A stretch of DNA of 64,000 nucleotides from Candidatus Pelagibacter sp. (GTDB taxonomy: Bacteria > Pseudomonadota > Alphaproteobacteria > Pelagibacterales > Pelagibacteraceae): the NCBI GenBank assembly GCA_036012475.1, contig DASCPI010000012.1, positions 3,934 to 67,933 of the forward strand, read 5' to 3'. Positions within the stretch are counted from its first letter, which is position 1; each line of letters opens with the position of its first letter. The translations under genes were made by a program, and so were the position numbers. Shown in pieces: positions 1 through 9,857 of this stretch. The notes under the pieces were generated by a model. It did not search any database and was not told where the DNA came from. It saw only the letters and a program-made list of their open reading frames with translations.

Positions 1-968
1 GCTCTTCTTCCTTCAATAGATGCAATTAAAGCTGTTTCTTCACCACAAATATAAGCTCCTTGACCAATACAAATATTTAAATCAAATGAAAAATTTGTTC
101 CTAAAATATTTTTTCCTAGAAGTTTTGAATTTTTTAAAGCATTTATTGAACCATTAATTGATTCAATTGATTTAGGATATTCACCACGGATATATAAAAC
201 ACCTTCATCACTTCCAATTACATACCCACAAATTATCATTCCTAACAGAACTTTTAATGGTTGAACTTCTAATAGGTATCTATCAGAAAAAGCTCCAGAA
301 TCTCCCTCATCAGCGTTACAAACTACATATTTTTTTTCCGATTTTTCTCTACTACAAAAATCCCATTTCATTCCCGTAGGAAAACCTGCTCCACCTCTTC
401 CACATAAGTTTGAATTAGTAAGAGATTTAATTATTTCTTTTTTTTCAGTATTTATAAATTTTTCTAATAATTTTTTAAACTGATCTATGTTTAAAAGTTT
501 TTCATCCATTAAAAAATTTGTTGAAGCAAAACTTTTAGAAGTAAATTTTTTCTGTTTGATATTTTCACCTTTTATGATTTGATCGATTTTATTTATATCT
601 TCACCGGCATAATTTTCACCATCATAATGAAAAGCATGATTTTCATAACAATAACCCAAGCAAAACATTGTTCCTACTTTATCTTTACCTAGTTTACTTT
701 CTAATTTATTTTTTAAACTTTTTTGAGTTCCAGCACACATACATGCGCTTCCATTACAAATGAATGCTTTTTTTTCTCTATGATTGGGTCTTAAAAATTC
801 ATAGAAGCTCTCAGCTCCATGAGCAGTTGAAACTCCCATATTGTATTTTTCAGCTAAAGCTTTCATGCCTTCATCTTTTTTAGATTTTAAAGATGTTTCG
901 GAAATTTTTTGAAATAAATTATTTTTTAAACCGATTCTTCCAGAAAGTTTGCTAATATTTTTAGACAT
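1..968 (-). CDS. NAD-dependent formate dehydrogenase flavoprotein subunit, NuoE/NuoF (FdsG-FdsB)-like; runs off the window's left edge
   Basis: Not in the ORF track. Manual translation from ATG at 968 (MSKNISKLSG...) gives 2Fe-2S-like CNGSACMC and CLGYC, then NuoF motifs GRGGAGFPTGMKW, NADEGD and GQGAYICGEETAL. Directly downstream of fdhD. Confidence 0.88.
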   Translation of the reverse strand, partial: MSKNISKLSGRIGLKNNLFQKISETSLKSKKDEGMKALAEKYNMGVSTAHGAESFYEFLRPNHREKKAFICNGSACMCAGTQKSLKNKLESKLGKDKVGTMFCLGYCYENHAFHYDGENYAGEDINKIDQIIKGENIKQKKFTSKSFASTNFLMDEKLLNIDQFKKLLEKFINTEKKEIIKSLTNSNLCGRGGAGFPTGMKWDFCSREKSEKKYVVCNADEGDSGAFSDRYLLEVQPLKVLLGMIICGYVIGSDEGVLYIRGEYPKSIESINGSINALKNSKLLGKNILGTNFSFDLNICIGQGAYICGEETALIASIEGRR

Positions 969-975
969 TAAAGTC

Positions 976-1812
976 TTATAATATAATTCTTTCTTTATTT
1001 GTATAAATATTAAAACTACTATTTTTTACAAAACCTAAAAGAGTCATTCTAAAATGCTTTGCGAGATCTATAGCAAGACTTGTAGGAGCGCCAACTCCAG
1101 CCATAACTCCTATGCCTGACATTAATCCTTTTTGAACTAATTCAAAATTTAGCCTTCCAGAACACGCAATGAATTGAGAGCTGTTATCAATTAATTTTTT
1201 TTTATGAACATGGCCAATAACTTTATCTAAAGCATTATGTCTTCCGACATCTTCTCTTGTTGCTATTACTTTTCCAGCATTATCAATTAATGAACTTGCA
1301 TGTATTCCGCCTGTTTTTGAAAACCCAGATTGTTCAGTCATTAATAATTCTGAAGATTTCATTATGGTTTCTTTTTTAATTTTTGGAAAAGATAAATTTA
1401 ACTTTTCATTTTTAATTACCTTAACTGTATCCAGAGAAGTTTTTCCACAAACTCCACACGATGAGTTTGTTAGAAAGTTTCTTTTTAACTTACCAATATC
1501 AATATTTTTTATGTTATCAATAGTAGCTTCAATTTTGTTTTGAATATTGTAGTCTCCAACTTTTTCTCCTTGTTTTTTTACTTTTACTAACTGGCTAATA
1601 TTTTCTATTATTTTTTCATTAAAAAGAAACCCTGTAATAAGATCCTCGTCATCACCTGGAGTTCTCATTGTAATAGATAAATTTTCTGTCTGCCAATTTC
1701 CATTCTTATTAAATCGTAGATTCATTTCTAGAGGCTCTTCCACAGATACATGATCTTTTATTTCCTCTATTTTATTTTCTTTAATTTTTATGACGTTGTA
1801 CTTTATGTCCAT
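976..1812 (-). CDS. fdhD: Formate dehydrogenase accessory sulfurtransferase FdhD
   Basis: Motifs VEEPL, TMRTPG, SSCGVCG, TGGIHA, EDVGRHNALDK, GAPTSLA. Confidence 0.95.
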   Translation of the reverse strand: MDIKYNVIKIKENKIEEIKDHVSVEEPLEMNLRFNKNGNWQTENLSITMRTPGDDEDLITGFLFNEKIIENISQLVKVKKQGEKVGDYNIQNKIEATIDNIKNIDIGKLKRNFLTNSSCGVCGKTSLDTVKVIKNEKLNLSFPKIKKETIMKSSELLMTEQSGFSKTGGIHASSLIDNAGKVIATREDVGRHNALDKVIGHVHKKKLIDNSSQFIACSGRLNFELVQKGLMSGIGVMAGVGAPTSLAIDLAKHFRMTLLGFVKNSSFNIYTNKERIIL

Positions 1813-2277
1813 TTACAAAGGGTATTTCTTTTTTAATATAAGTCGATTTAAAATTACTCCAAAAACCAATATTATCAATGAGCCAATGATTATTGGGCTT
1901 ACTAAAAAATCAAATGATACATTACCCATTATTACTATAATAGGATTTGCACCAGCGGGCGGATGAACTACATTCAATAATATCATTAAAGCAGTAGCAA
2001 AACCCATAGCTAATGGAATAAGTAAATAAATTGGCAGAGGCAGAATATACAAAAATATAATACCAACCACCGAAGTTAACAAATGTCCGAAAAAAATATT
2101 TTTTGGTTGTGAAAAAGAGCTTTCCGGATATCCAAAAAGCAAAACCATTGAAGATCCAAAAGATGTTATCAAAAAAAGACCAAATTCTGTTTTATATGTA
2201 AGTAAAGCGAGAACACCAACTGTTACAGCAGAAAATAATCCAGCTAGAACTGATTTTTTAATATCAACTTTTTTCAT
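1813..2277 (-). CDS. HPP family membrane protein
   Basis: Hydrophobic; SFGSSMVLLFGYPES, SQPKN and HPPAGA motifs. Confidence 0.85.
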   Translation of the reverse strand: MKKVDIKKSVLAGLFSAVTVGVLALLTYKTEFGLFLITSFGSSMVLLFGYPESSFSQPKNIFFGHLLTSVVGIIFLYILPLPIYLLIPLAMGFATALMILLNVVHPPAGANPIIVIMGNVSFDFLVSPIIIGSLIILVFGVILNRLILKKKYPL

Positions 2278-2282
2278 TTTTT

Positions 2283-2681
2283 TTATGATTTTAGTGCTTT
2301 TGTAAGAGTTTTAAAAGGTAGCAACAAACATTCTTTTCTAGAAATATTTTTTTTGTTAAATATTTTGTTAAAAACTAACCACTCTTTTGGAAAAATAACA
2401 TTTTCTTTTTCAAAAAAAGTTTCTGCTACTTTTGATAAATTTTTTACATTTGATATTGTTTTGTTTATTGAGTTTCTAGACAACAAGCTCACTGAAGCCT
2501 GACAATAAACACAAGATTTACATTGATATCCAAAATCAACAATATTATCTTTAACCACTTTTACACTAACTTCCATTTCATCACCACAAATTGGATTTTT
2601 TAGTTTTGAATTATGAGTTTGATTTTTTAAGATTTTATTATTGTCTGTATTAGACGCAATTTTTAAAATTTCTAAGTCCAT
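2283..2681 (-). CDS. IscU/SufU/NifU N-terminal-like protein
   Basis: NPICGD, CVYCQAS and RKECLLLP cysteine pattern. Confidence 0.75.
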   Translation of the reverse strand: MDLEILKIASNTDNNKILKNQTHNSKLKNPICGDEMEVSVKVVKDNIVDFGYQCKSCVYCQASVSLLSRNSINKTISNVKNLSKVAETFFEKENVIFPKEWLVFNKIFNKKNISRKECLLLPFKTLTKALKS

Positions 2682-2724
2682 TTATATTCTTTAATTCAAT
2701 AATTAATGTTTTATATTTGTTTTT

Positions 2725-3336
2725 ATGAGCGAAAACAATATTTTAGGCGTCGTATTAGCAGGTGGTAAATCTAAGCGATTTGGTGAAGACAAAAGTGAAG
2801 TTAAATTAGATGGTAAAACTTTACTGGAACACACTTTGGATAAAATTAAATTTAAATTTAATACAATTATAATTGTGTCAAACAATAAAATTGTAAAAGA
2901 TTGTATTACTATAAAAGATTGTATTGGTGGCCAGCTTGGTCCTTTAGTTGGGGTTTTGTCTGCAATGAAGTGGATAAAAAAAAAAAATTATTCTCACGAA
3001 TGGATTCTCACATTTCCCTGTGATACGCCTTTTTTTAATATTTCTATAATTGATAAATTTATTGAAGCCTCAAAATTAAAAGATAGTTTATTATATTTTG
3101 TTAAGTCAAAGGATAAAAGACATAATATTTTTGGTCTATGGTCAATAAAATTAATTGAAACTTTAGAAAAAGATATAATAGAAAATGATCATAGAAAAGT
3201 AGAAAAATGGGCAAATAAAGTTGGAGTTAAAACAATTAATATACCTTATGTTAATATAGATCAATTTTATAATATTAACACCAAGAAAGATTTTGTAGAA
3301 GCAGAAAAAATTTTAATAAAATACAAAAATGATTGA
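2725..3336 (+). CDS. mobA: Molybdenum cofactor guanylyltransferase
   Basis: LAGGKSKRFGEDK, GPLVG, PCDTPF and NINT motifs. Confidence 0.93.
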   Translation: MSENNILGVVLAGGKSKRFGEDKSEVKLDGKTLLEHTLDKIKFKFNTIIIVSNNKIVKDCITIKDCIGGQLGPLVGVLSAMKWIKKKNYSHEWILTFPCDTPFFNISIIDKFIEASKLKDSLLYFVKSKDKRHNIFGLWSIKLIETLEKDIIENDHRKVEKWANKVGVKTINIPYVNIDQFYNINTKKDFVEAEKILIKYKND

Positions 3337-4573
3337 ATACAAAAAAGCTAAAAAAATACTCTTGAATTCAAAAATAAAAATTCAAAATGAAATAATTTTT
3401 GCAAAAAACTCTTTGAACCGAGTGTCCGCGAAAAATATATTTTCTCCAACCAATTATCCTGCTGGAAATAATGCAGCTTTTGATGGTTTTGCAATAAATT
3501 CAAAAGAAACAATTGGATTAACCAATAAGAATAAGAAAAAGTTTAGAATTATAAAAATAATAGCAGCTGGAGATAACCCAAAAATAAAAAATGTTAGAAA
3601 ATATTGTACAGCAGAAGTTATGACCGGTGCTCTAATTCCAAAACAATTTGATACCATTATCCCAGTAGAGAAAATTAATTATTATCCAAATAAAAAAAAA
3701 CCAAAATTTATAATAATAGAAAAAAAAATTACCAAAAATAACTATGTAAGATTTATTGGCTCTGATTATAAGAAAAGCGAACAGGTAGTTTCAATAGGTG
3801 AAATTATTAATCCTTCACATATACTAGCATTTAAAAGCCTTGGCATTGAAAGAATTTTGGTCAAGAAGAAACCCGTAATAGTTTTTTACTCAACAGGAAA
3901 CGAAATCTCAGAAAAAACTAATATACCAGACTGGAAAGTTAGAAATTCAAATAGCTATTACATAAAATCTTTATCAAACAATTTATTTTTTAACGTTATA
4001 GATGGAGGCATTTTGAGAGATAAAGATGACAAGTTATTTAAAAAACTAATTATTAAAAATTTTAAATCTAAATATGACATTATAATAACTAATGGAGCAG
4101 TTTCGGCTGGTAAATTTGATTTTGTACCGAAAATCATTAAAAATTTTAAACTGTCAAATCATTTTAAAGGTGTTGCTATAAGACCTGGAAAACCCATAAT
4201 ATTTGCAAAATTTAAAAATAAAAACAAATCTTTTTTTGGTTTACCAGGCAATCCCATATCATCAGCTGCATGCTTTAAGTTTTTTGTTTATCCTTATCTA
4301 AGATTGATTTTGAACATGAAAAATGAAAAACCGTTTAAGGCAAAACTAAAAAATAGCTATTCAAAAAAAAAGAATTTTACTAGATTTTTAAAAAGCAAGG
4401 TTGTTATAAACAAAAAAGGAGTTTTGGAAGTAGAGGTGCTAAAAGGTCAAGAATCTTTCAAAATTAAATCATTCATAAGAGCAAATGCATGGGCTTTATT
4501 TAGGAGTGGAAAATCTACTTTTAAAAAAGGGGAATTAATCGAATGCTTTAATCCTTTAGGTGTTCAACAATAA
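3329..4573 (+). CDS. moeA: Molybdopterin molybdenumtransferase
   Basis: AFDGFA, VMTGA, STGNE, RPGKP and GLPGNP motifs. Confidence 0.93.
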   Translation: MIEYKKAKKILLNSKIKIQNEIIFAKNSLNRVSAKNIFSPTNYPAGNNAAFDGFAINSKETIGLTNKNKKKFRIIKIIAAGDNPKIKNVRKYCTAEVMTGALIPKQFDTIIPVEKINYYPNKKKPKFIIIEKKITKNNYVRFIGSDYKKSEQVVSIGEIINPSHILAFKSLGIERILVKKKPVIVFYSTGNEISEKTNIPDWKVRNSNSYYIKSLSNNLFFNVIDGGILRDKDDKLFKKLIIKNFKSKYDIIITNGAVSAGKFDFVPKIIKNFKLSNHFKGVAIRPGKPIIFAKFKNKNKSFFGLPGNPISSAACFKFFVYPYLRLILNMKNEKPFKAKLKNSYSKKKNFTRFLKSKVVINKKGVLEVEVLKGQESFKIKSFIRANAWALFRSGKSTFKKGELIECFNPLGVQQ

Positions 4574-4615
4574 TTTTTATTGTAGTAAACTTAATTTCCC
4601 ATTAAATATCTCAAA

Positions 4616-5521
4616 ATGTTTGATTCAAAAAATGAAAAATTGGCAATACCTCTGGTTCTTATAGCGGGCCTATTTTGGTCTTTTGGACCACTAGTAGTTC
4701 GAAATATTGATGATGCCAACACTATTCCTTGGCAATATCTTTTTTCAAGAGGACTAGTAATTTTTCTTTTGTTAAATATTTATTTAATTTTTAATGAAGG
4801 GTTTGATTTTTATAAAAATTATTTAAGAATAGGAATATCAGGAATAATTGGAGGCATTGGATTAGGGACTGCAAATATAACTTTTATCTGGTCAATCACT
4901 AATACAACTGCTGCAATTACACTATTATGTTTGGCGGCTATGCCTTTTATTACTGCCTTATTAGGTTTTTTGTTTTTAAAAGAAAAAATATCAATAGGTA
5001 TTTGGATGGCAATATTTACCGCATGCATAGGAGTTGCTATCATGGCAATTGGAAGTTCTTCTTTAGGATCTGTTAATGGCTTAATATTTGGTCTTGCATC
5101 AGCATTTGGATTTTCAATTTTTTCAGTTTCATTAAGATGGAGAAAAGAAACTCCCAAATTTACCACAGTTGCTATTGCTGGCTTATTCTGCTGTTTATTT
5201 TCGTTTGTAATTATTGTTCAAAATGATTTAGACTTTCTCTCATCAAGTAAAAACGAAAGTTTGTTTGCATTACACGGAACATTAGTTTGTTTAGGTTTAA
5301 TTTTATATTCAATAGGATCTAGAGTAATACCTGCTGCAGAATTAACTCTTTTATCTTTAACAGAAGTAATAGGAGGAATTTTTTGGGTATGGATTCCAAT
5401 TTTAGGCATAAACGAAATACCATCCAACAATACTATAATTGGTGGATTTTTAATATTTATGGCAATTATTTATTACAGTTTGGTAATAAAAAACAATAGA
5501 AGATTTATTGGTTTAACTTGA
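4616..5521 (+). CDS. DMT/EamA family transporter
   Basis: About 10 hydrophobic segments in 301 aa; EamA-like FLFLKEK and LLSLTE pattern. Confidence 0.8.
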   Translation: MFDSKNEKLAIPLVLIAGLFWSFGPLVVRNIDDANTIPWQYLFSRGLVIFLLLNIYLIFNEGFDFYKNYLRIGISGIIGGIGLGTANITFIWSITNTTAAITLLCLAAMPFITALLGFLFLKEKISIGIWMAIFTACIGVAIMAIGSSSLGSVNGLIFGLASAFGFSIFSVSLRWRKETPKFTTVAIAGLFCCLFSFVIIVQNDLDFLSSSKNESLFALHGTLVCLGLILYSIGSRVIPAAELTLLSLTEVIGGIFWVWIPILGINEIPSNNTIIGGFLIFMAIIYYSLVIKNNRRFIGLT

Positions 5522-5569
5522 AATAGATTTCCATTTGGACCAAGGCATAATATTATTAAAGGTTAGTTA

Positions 5570-6685
5570 ATGAGCAAAGAAAAAATTATTGTTAATAGTT
5601 GGAATGAATGGGATCCATTAAAACATGTAATAATTGGCAAAGCAGATGGAACTTGTATTCCAGCGCCAGAACCAGCATTAGATGCAAAAGTTCCGGAAGA
5701 TTCAGATATGAGAGGTCAATTTGGACCAAGAACAAAAGACGCCATCGACAAAGCAAACCAACTATTAGATGACTTTGCAAATATTTTAGAAAAAAAAGAA
5801 ATAAAGGTAGATAGACCAACACCAATTGATTTTAATCAACCAACATCCACACCAGATTGGAAATCTGAAACTATGTTTGGGTGTATGCCTCCAAGAGATG
5901 TAATTTTAACCGTAGGTAACGAAATGTTAGAAGCAACTATGAGTTATAGATGCAGATGGTTTGAATATTTATGTTACAGACCATTGCTTAAACATTATTA
6001 TAATTCTGATCCTAACATGAGACATGAATCTGCTCCAAAACCAAGACTAACTGACGAAGATTATAGAAAAGATTATTTATCTGACAAAATAGGAATACCT
6101 AAAAGATTAGAATGGACTGAACAAAAGTTTTTTGTAACTACAGAGGAAGAACCATTATTTGATGCTGCAGATGTTTTAAGATTTGGAAAAGATTTGATTG
6201 TTCAACATGGTTTTACAACAAATTTAAAAGGAATAGATTGGATAAAAAGACATTATAAAGAGCATAGAGTTCATGCAGTTAATTTTCCAGGAGATCCATA
6301 CCCAATTCATATTGATGCAACATTTACTCCTATTAAACCAGGATTGATTATTAACAACCCTCAAAGAAGATTGCTTAAAGAGCAAAGAAAACTATTTGAA
6401 AAAAATGATTGGAAAATAATTGATGCAGCTCAACCTGCGCATAATGCACCACCAGAGCTATGTTATTCTTCAGTATGGCTTTCGATGAATGTTTTAGTAT
6501 TAGACCCTAAAACAGTATGTGTTGAAAAAAGCGAAGTTTATCAAGCTGAACAATTAGATAAATTAGGAATGGAAGTTATACCCGTTGAAATGAGAGACGC
6601 TTATGCATTTGGAGGTGGACTTCATTGTTGTACTGCAGATGTTTATAGAGAAGGGAAGTTGGAAGATTATTTTCCAAACCAATAA
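5570..6685 (+). CDS. Amidinotransferase (L-arginine:glycine / inosamine-phosphate amidinotransferase family)
   Basis: NSWNEWDPL, PRD, FDAAD, HID and GGGLHC motifs, giving the Asp-His-Cys triad. Confidence 0.88.
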   Translation: MSKEKIIVNSWNEWDPLKHVIIGKADGTCIPAPEPALDAKVPEDSDMRGQFGPRTKDAIDKANQLLDDFANILEKKEIKVDRPTPIDFNQPTSTPDWKSETMFGCMPPRDVILTVGNEMLEATMSYRCRWFEYLCYRPLLKHYYNSDPNMRHESAPKPRLTDEDYRKDYLSDKIGIPKRLEWTEQKFFVTTEEEPLFDAADVLRFGKDLIVQHGFTTNLKGIDWIKRHYKEHRVHAVNFPGDPYPIHIDATFTPIKPGLIINNPQRRLLKEQRKLFEKNDWKIIDAAQPAHNAPPELCYSSVWLSMNVLVLDPKTVCVEKSEVYQAEQLDKLGMEVIPVEMRDAYAFGGGLHCCTADVYREGKLEDYFPNQ

Positions 6686-6738
6686 ACTAACTTGGATTTT
6701 TTTTGTTCATACAACCTAAAACCTTGTTTTATCTCAAA

Positions 6739-6761
6739 TGTCTCTAGTCGTGTCTCTAGTC
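6739..6761. repeat. Short tandem duplication, TGTCTCTAGTC x2 (12-bp period)
   Basis: Read directly at 6739-6749 and 6751-6761. Confidence 0.8.
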
Positions 6762-6765
6762 TCCT

Positions 6766-6801
6766 ACATAATCCTATAATCAAGATCCCTAAAAGTTTTT
6801 T
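6766..6801 (-). repeat. Copy 1 of a degenerate 36-bp direct repeat (partner at 10922-10957)
   Basis: Minus strand aaaaaacttttagggatcttgattataggattatgt; 31/36 identical to copy 2 by manual alignment. Confidence 0.8.
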
Positions 6802-7739
6802 CTATATTTTTCTAAACAATTCCAAATATCAACACTCAAATCTATTCCTGATAAATCTTTGAAATTTTTTAACCCTGTTGGAGAAGTAATGTTTATATCT
6901 CCAATTAAATAATTTGAAATAAGATCAATGCCAGCAAATAAAATATTATTTTTTTTTAAATAATTCGCTACACTTTTTGCAATAATTATTTCTTTTTTGT
7001 TTAATATAGTTTTAATGGCTCTTCCACCTTGACTAAGATTACTAATAATTGAACCTTTTTTTGGAACGCGTCTTATTGCTCCTTTTACTTTTCCATCGAT
7101 TATGAAAATTCGCTTATCCCCATGTTTAATTTGAGGCAAAAATTTTTGTACCATTACATGATCATTTTTATTTAAATATTTTAGTATTTTACTTCTATTT
7201 GTTCTATTAGTGACGAAAAAAATGCTATTTCCACCAAAACTATGAGTTGGCTTAACAACTATTTTTTTATATTTTTTTTTAAATTTTTCTATTTCTGTTA
7301 TTTCTTTTGTAAAAAGAGTGGGTGGCATAAATTTAGCAAAACTCATAGAACAAAGTTTTTCAGGTATATTTCTAACAGCGACTGGATCATTTAATATTTT
7401 TGTTGTATTTGATATTTTTTCTAACAAAAAAGTTGCTGTGATATAATCCATATTAAAAGGAGGATTTTGTCTCATTAAAATGAATTGAACTTTGGAAAGA
7501 TTTAGTTTTTTTGTATTTTTAATTGTATAAAATTTCTTTTTATTTACATCAAATTCAACTTCTTTACAAAAAGCAAAAACTTTATTATTTAAAAATATTA
7601 AATTTTTTGTTTGATAGTAATATATTTTATAATTCCTCCTTTGTGCTTCCAAAGCCAGTAATAAAGTTGTATCTGTTTTTCTATTAATTAAGCGTAATGG
7701 GTCTCCTTGAATGGCAACTATTTTATCAATTTTTTTCAT
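6789..7739 (-). CDS. gshB: Glutathione synthetase
   Basis: DTTLLLALEAQRR, MRQNPPFNMDYI, PEKL, GDKRI, NITSPTG. Start placed at the MKKIDK ATG. Confidence 0.93.
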   Translation of the reverse strand: MKKIDKIVAIQGDPLRLINRKTDTTLLLALEAQRRNYKIYYYQTKNLIFLNNKVFAFCKEVEFDVNKKKFYTIKNTKKLNLSKVQFILMRQNPPFNMDYITATFLLEKISNTTKILNDPVAVRNIPEKLCSMSFAKFMPPTLFTKEITEIEKFKKKYKKIVVKPTHSFGGNSIFFVTNRTNRSKILKYLNKNDHVMVQKFLPQIKHGDKRIFIIDGKVKGAIRRVPKKGSIISNLSQGGRAIKTILNKKEIIIAKSVANYLKKNNILFAGIDLISNYLIGDINITSPTGLKNFKDLSGIDLSVDIWNCLEKYRKNF

Positions 7740-9027
7740 ATAGAAAATCAAATGATTTATTATTTTTAAAACTCTCTATTGCAATCTCAGCTTTTGTTTT
7801 ATTATTCATCAATATATTTTTTATGCTACTTAAAAATATTGTCTCATCAATTTCTTTTGTATTTTTAATGGATCTTTTGTGAAGACCTTCTTCAGATAAT
7901 TTTAAGAATATTTTTCCCCATTCCAAAAGAGATTTGTTTTTTATTAAAGTATTTAATCCTTTCTTTGGGGCTTCTTTATATGCATTTAAAACTTCTTTAA
8001 CATTCCAATTTTTGATCACATCCAAAGCAGCATCTAGATTTTCATAAAGAAGACCTAAATAGAAAGCGGGTCCAGCACAATGGCAACTCCATTCGCAAGT
8101 ATCTAAAGATCTTATTTCTAAATATTTTTTTAAGCGCACTTCAGTAAATATAGTTGATAAATGATTTTGTAAATCTTTATTAGAAGGTCTTTTATTCCTT
8201 AATTTTTTTATTTTTCCTTCCATAAAATCTTTGAAGGTTTTGTTTTTAACATTAAAATGTTTATTTTTACTAACCAAAAATAATAAAGGGGTGTTTATTG
8301 TGATATCGGCATATTTTTCAAAATCCATTCCTTCAAGATAGTTTTTGGGTAAGCCGCTTCTAGAGGTGTTTTGCCATACTCTTGATCGATAGGATAAATA
8401 TCCATTAAGTTTATTTTCTTTAAAAGGAGAATTGGCAAAGATTCCAATAGATAATGGAACCAAGTTCGAAATTAATTTAAATTTTTTACTAAAATCTTTT
8501 TCAGATATGTAATCCAAATTTATTTGTGTTCCTGCAGTTTGATACATCATTTCTAAACTGAGTTTTCCATTTTTGGGCATTTCTCGTGTCATAATTTCAT
8601 ATCTTTGTTTTGGTGTTTTAGGTACATTTTTTATTTTTGAAATAGGATCAAAACTCATAGACATCATTTTAATATCTAAACTTTTGCAGGCTTGTTTTAA
8701 TTCATTTAAAAATTTGTATGATTCATCACATGATAAATGTAAAGAATTTAGCTTTGCCCCAGACAGTTCTATCTGGTTACCTGGTTCTAAAGTAATACTT
8801 TGCTTTTTTTTAAACAAAGATATAGTTTTTTTTCCTTCTTTAACTGGTTTCCAGCCAAATCTGGTTAAATAATTAAATAATTTTGTTACAGTAGAAAAAT
8901 TTATTCTTTTATTTGAATTTTTTTGAAATAAAAATTTTTCATGTTCAACACCAATATTTAATTGGTTTTCATTTTTACAACCATTTTTAAAATAGTTAAT
9001 AATATCGATCTTAGATCTTATAGACAT
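7726..9027 (-). CDS. gshA: Glutamate-cysteine ligase (alphaproteobacterial/plant type)
   Basis: IGVEHEKF, ITLEPGNQIELSGA, PKQRY, QINLD, ANSPF, EVRLKKYLEIR. ATG at 9027 preferred to the track's 9066. Confidence 0.92.
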   Translation of the reverse strand: MSIRSKIDIINYFKNGCKNENQLNIGVEHEKFLFQKNSNKRINFSTVTKLFNYLTRFGWKPVKEGKKTISLFKKKQSITLEPGNQIELSGAKLNSLHLSCDESYKFLNELKQACKSLDIKMMSMSFDPISKIKNVPKTPKQRYEIMTREMPKNGKLSLEMMYQTAGTQINLDYISEKDFSKKFKLISNLVPLSIGIFANSPFKENKLNGYLSYRSRVWQNTSRSGLPKNYLEGMDFEKYADITINTPLLFLVSKNKHFNVKNKTFKDFMEGKIKKLRNKRPSNKDLQNHLSTIFTEVRLKKYLEIRSLDTCEWSCHCAGPAFYLGLLYENLDAALDVIKNWNVKEVLNAYKEAPKKGLNTLIKNKSLLEWGKIFLKLSEEGLHKRSIKNTKEIDETIFLSSIKNILMNNKTKAEIAIESFKNNKSFDFLYEKN

Positions 9028-9040
9028 ATTTATTTTAAGA

Positions 9041-9083
9041 ATTTTTCTAAAATTAACCACACTCAAATCTATTCCTGATAAAT
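9041..9083 (-). repeat. Duplicated fragment of the gshB 3' end
   Basis: 9059-9083 (acactcaaatctattcctgataaat) is identical to 6832-6856; 9041-9051 matches 6806-6816. Confidence 0.88.
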
Positions 9084-9857
9084 TTAAATTGAACGAGGTT
9101 CAACAATTTTAGGAATTTCAAATAGTCGCCCATATCCTTTAACGGTTAGAGTTACATTGATTCGGCGCAAGCAACTCCACATCATTGCTTGATTAGAGCA
9201 AATAACTGGTTTATTAGTTTCTTCCTCAATTTCCTGAAGAATATCAATGGTGCGTATTCCACCGCAACTGATAAAAATTGCATCTGCTTCAGGTCTGTCG
9301 AGTGATAATGCAAATTCTTTTATATAACTAGGAGTAATCTTGCCCATTATAGAACCATCATCAATTTGCATTCCTTGAATATCAAGAACATTAAATCCTT
9401 GATTATTCATGAAGCGATATTCCAACTTATTAATTTCGTCAATATAAGGCGTGGCAACAACAATAGATTTTGCATTTAAAGCGCGAAGTCCATCAATAAC
9501 ACCCGTTACCAATGTCATTGGTTGTGATTTTGGAGCGCCAAGACGTATTTGTTCAGCAACTGCATGCTCGCCAATAACAATTGAACCCGAGGTACATGCA
9601 TAACAAATTAAATCAGGTGGAGCATCAGGTTGGATTAGAGAAGCTGCATTAGCCATTGTATCTATATGTTTACGAAGACCTTCGACAGTAATTTCGTTAG
9701 GACTCGCGACAGGGGCAACAGATATTGAAACACCATCAGGAGCTAGAGTGTGGAGATTTTCTTGCATAACCGTGTCGGTTGCCATAACAACAAACCCCAA
9801 AGAACCAAGATGTCCATAAGTGTTACCATACTGAACTTGATGATAAATATTTTTCAT
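9084..9857 (-). CDS. Asp/Glu racemase superfamily protein (maleate isomerase / arylmalonate decarboxylase / EutA-like)
   Basis: YACTSGS, ATPY, FISCGG and SNQA motifs; two putative catalytic Cys. Confidence 0.85.
   Translation of the reverse strand: MKNIYHQVQYGNTYGHLGSLGFVVMATDTVMQENLHTLAPDGVSISVAPVASPNEITVEGLRKHIDTMANAASLIQPDAPPDLICYACTSGSIVIGEHAVAEQIRLGAPKSQPMTLVTGVIDGLRALNAKSIVVATPYIDEINKLEYRFMNNQGFNVLDIQGMQIDDGSIMGKITPSYIKEFALSLDRPEADAIFISCGGIRTIDILQEIEEETNKPVICSNQAMMWSCLRRINVTLTVKGYGRLFEIPKIVEPRSI

Noticed and set aside
1-968. Calling the first gene complex I nuoF
   Set aside because: The fused NuoE-like N-terminus and fdhD/mobA/moeA context favour formate dehydrogenase.
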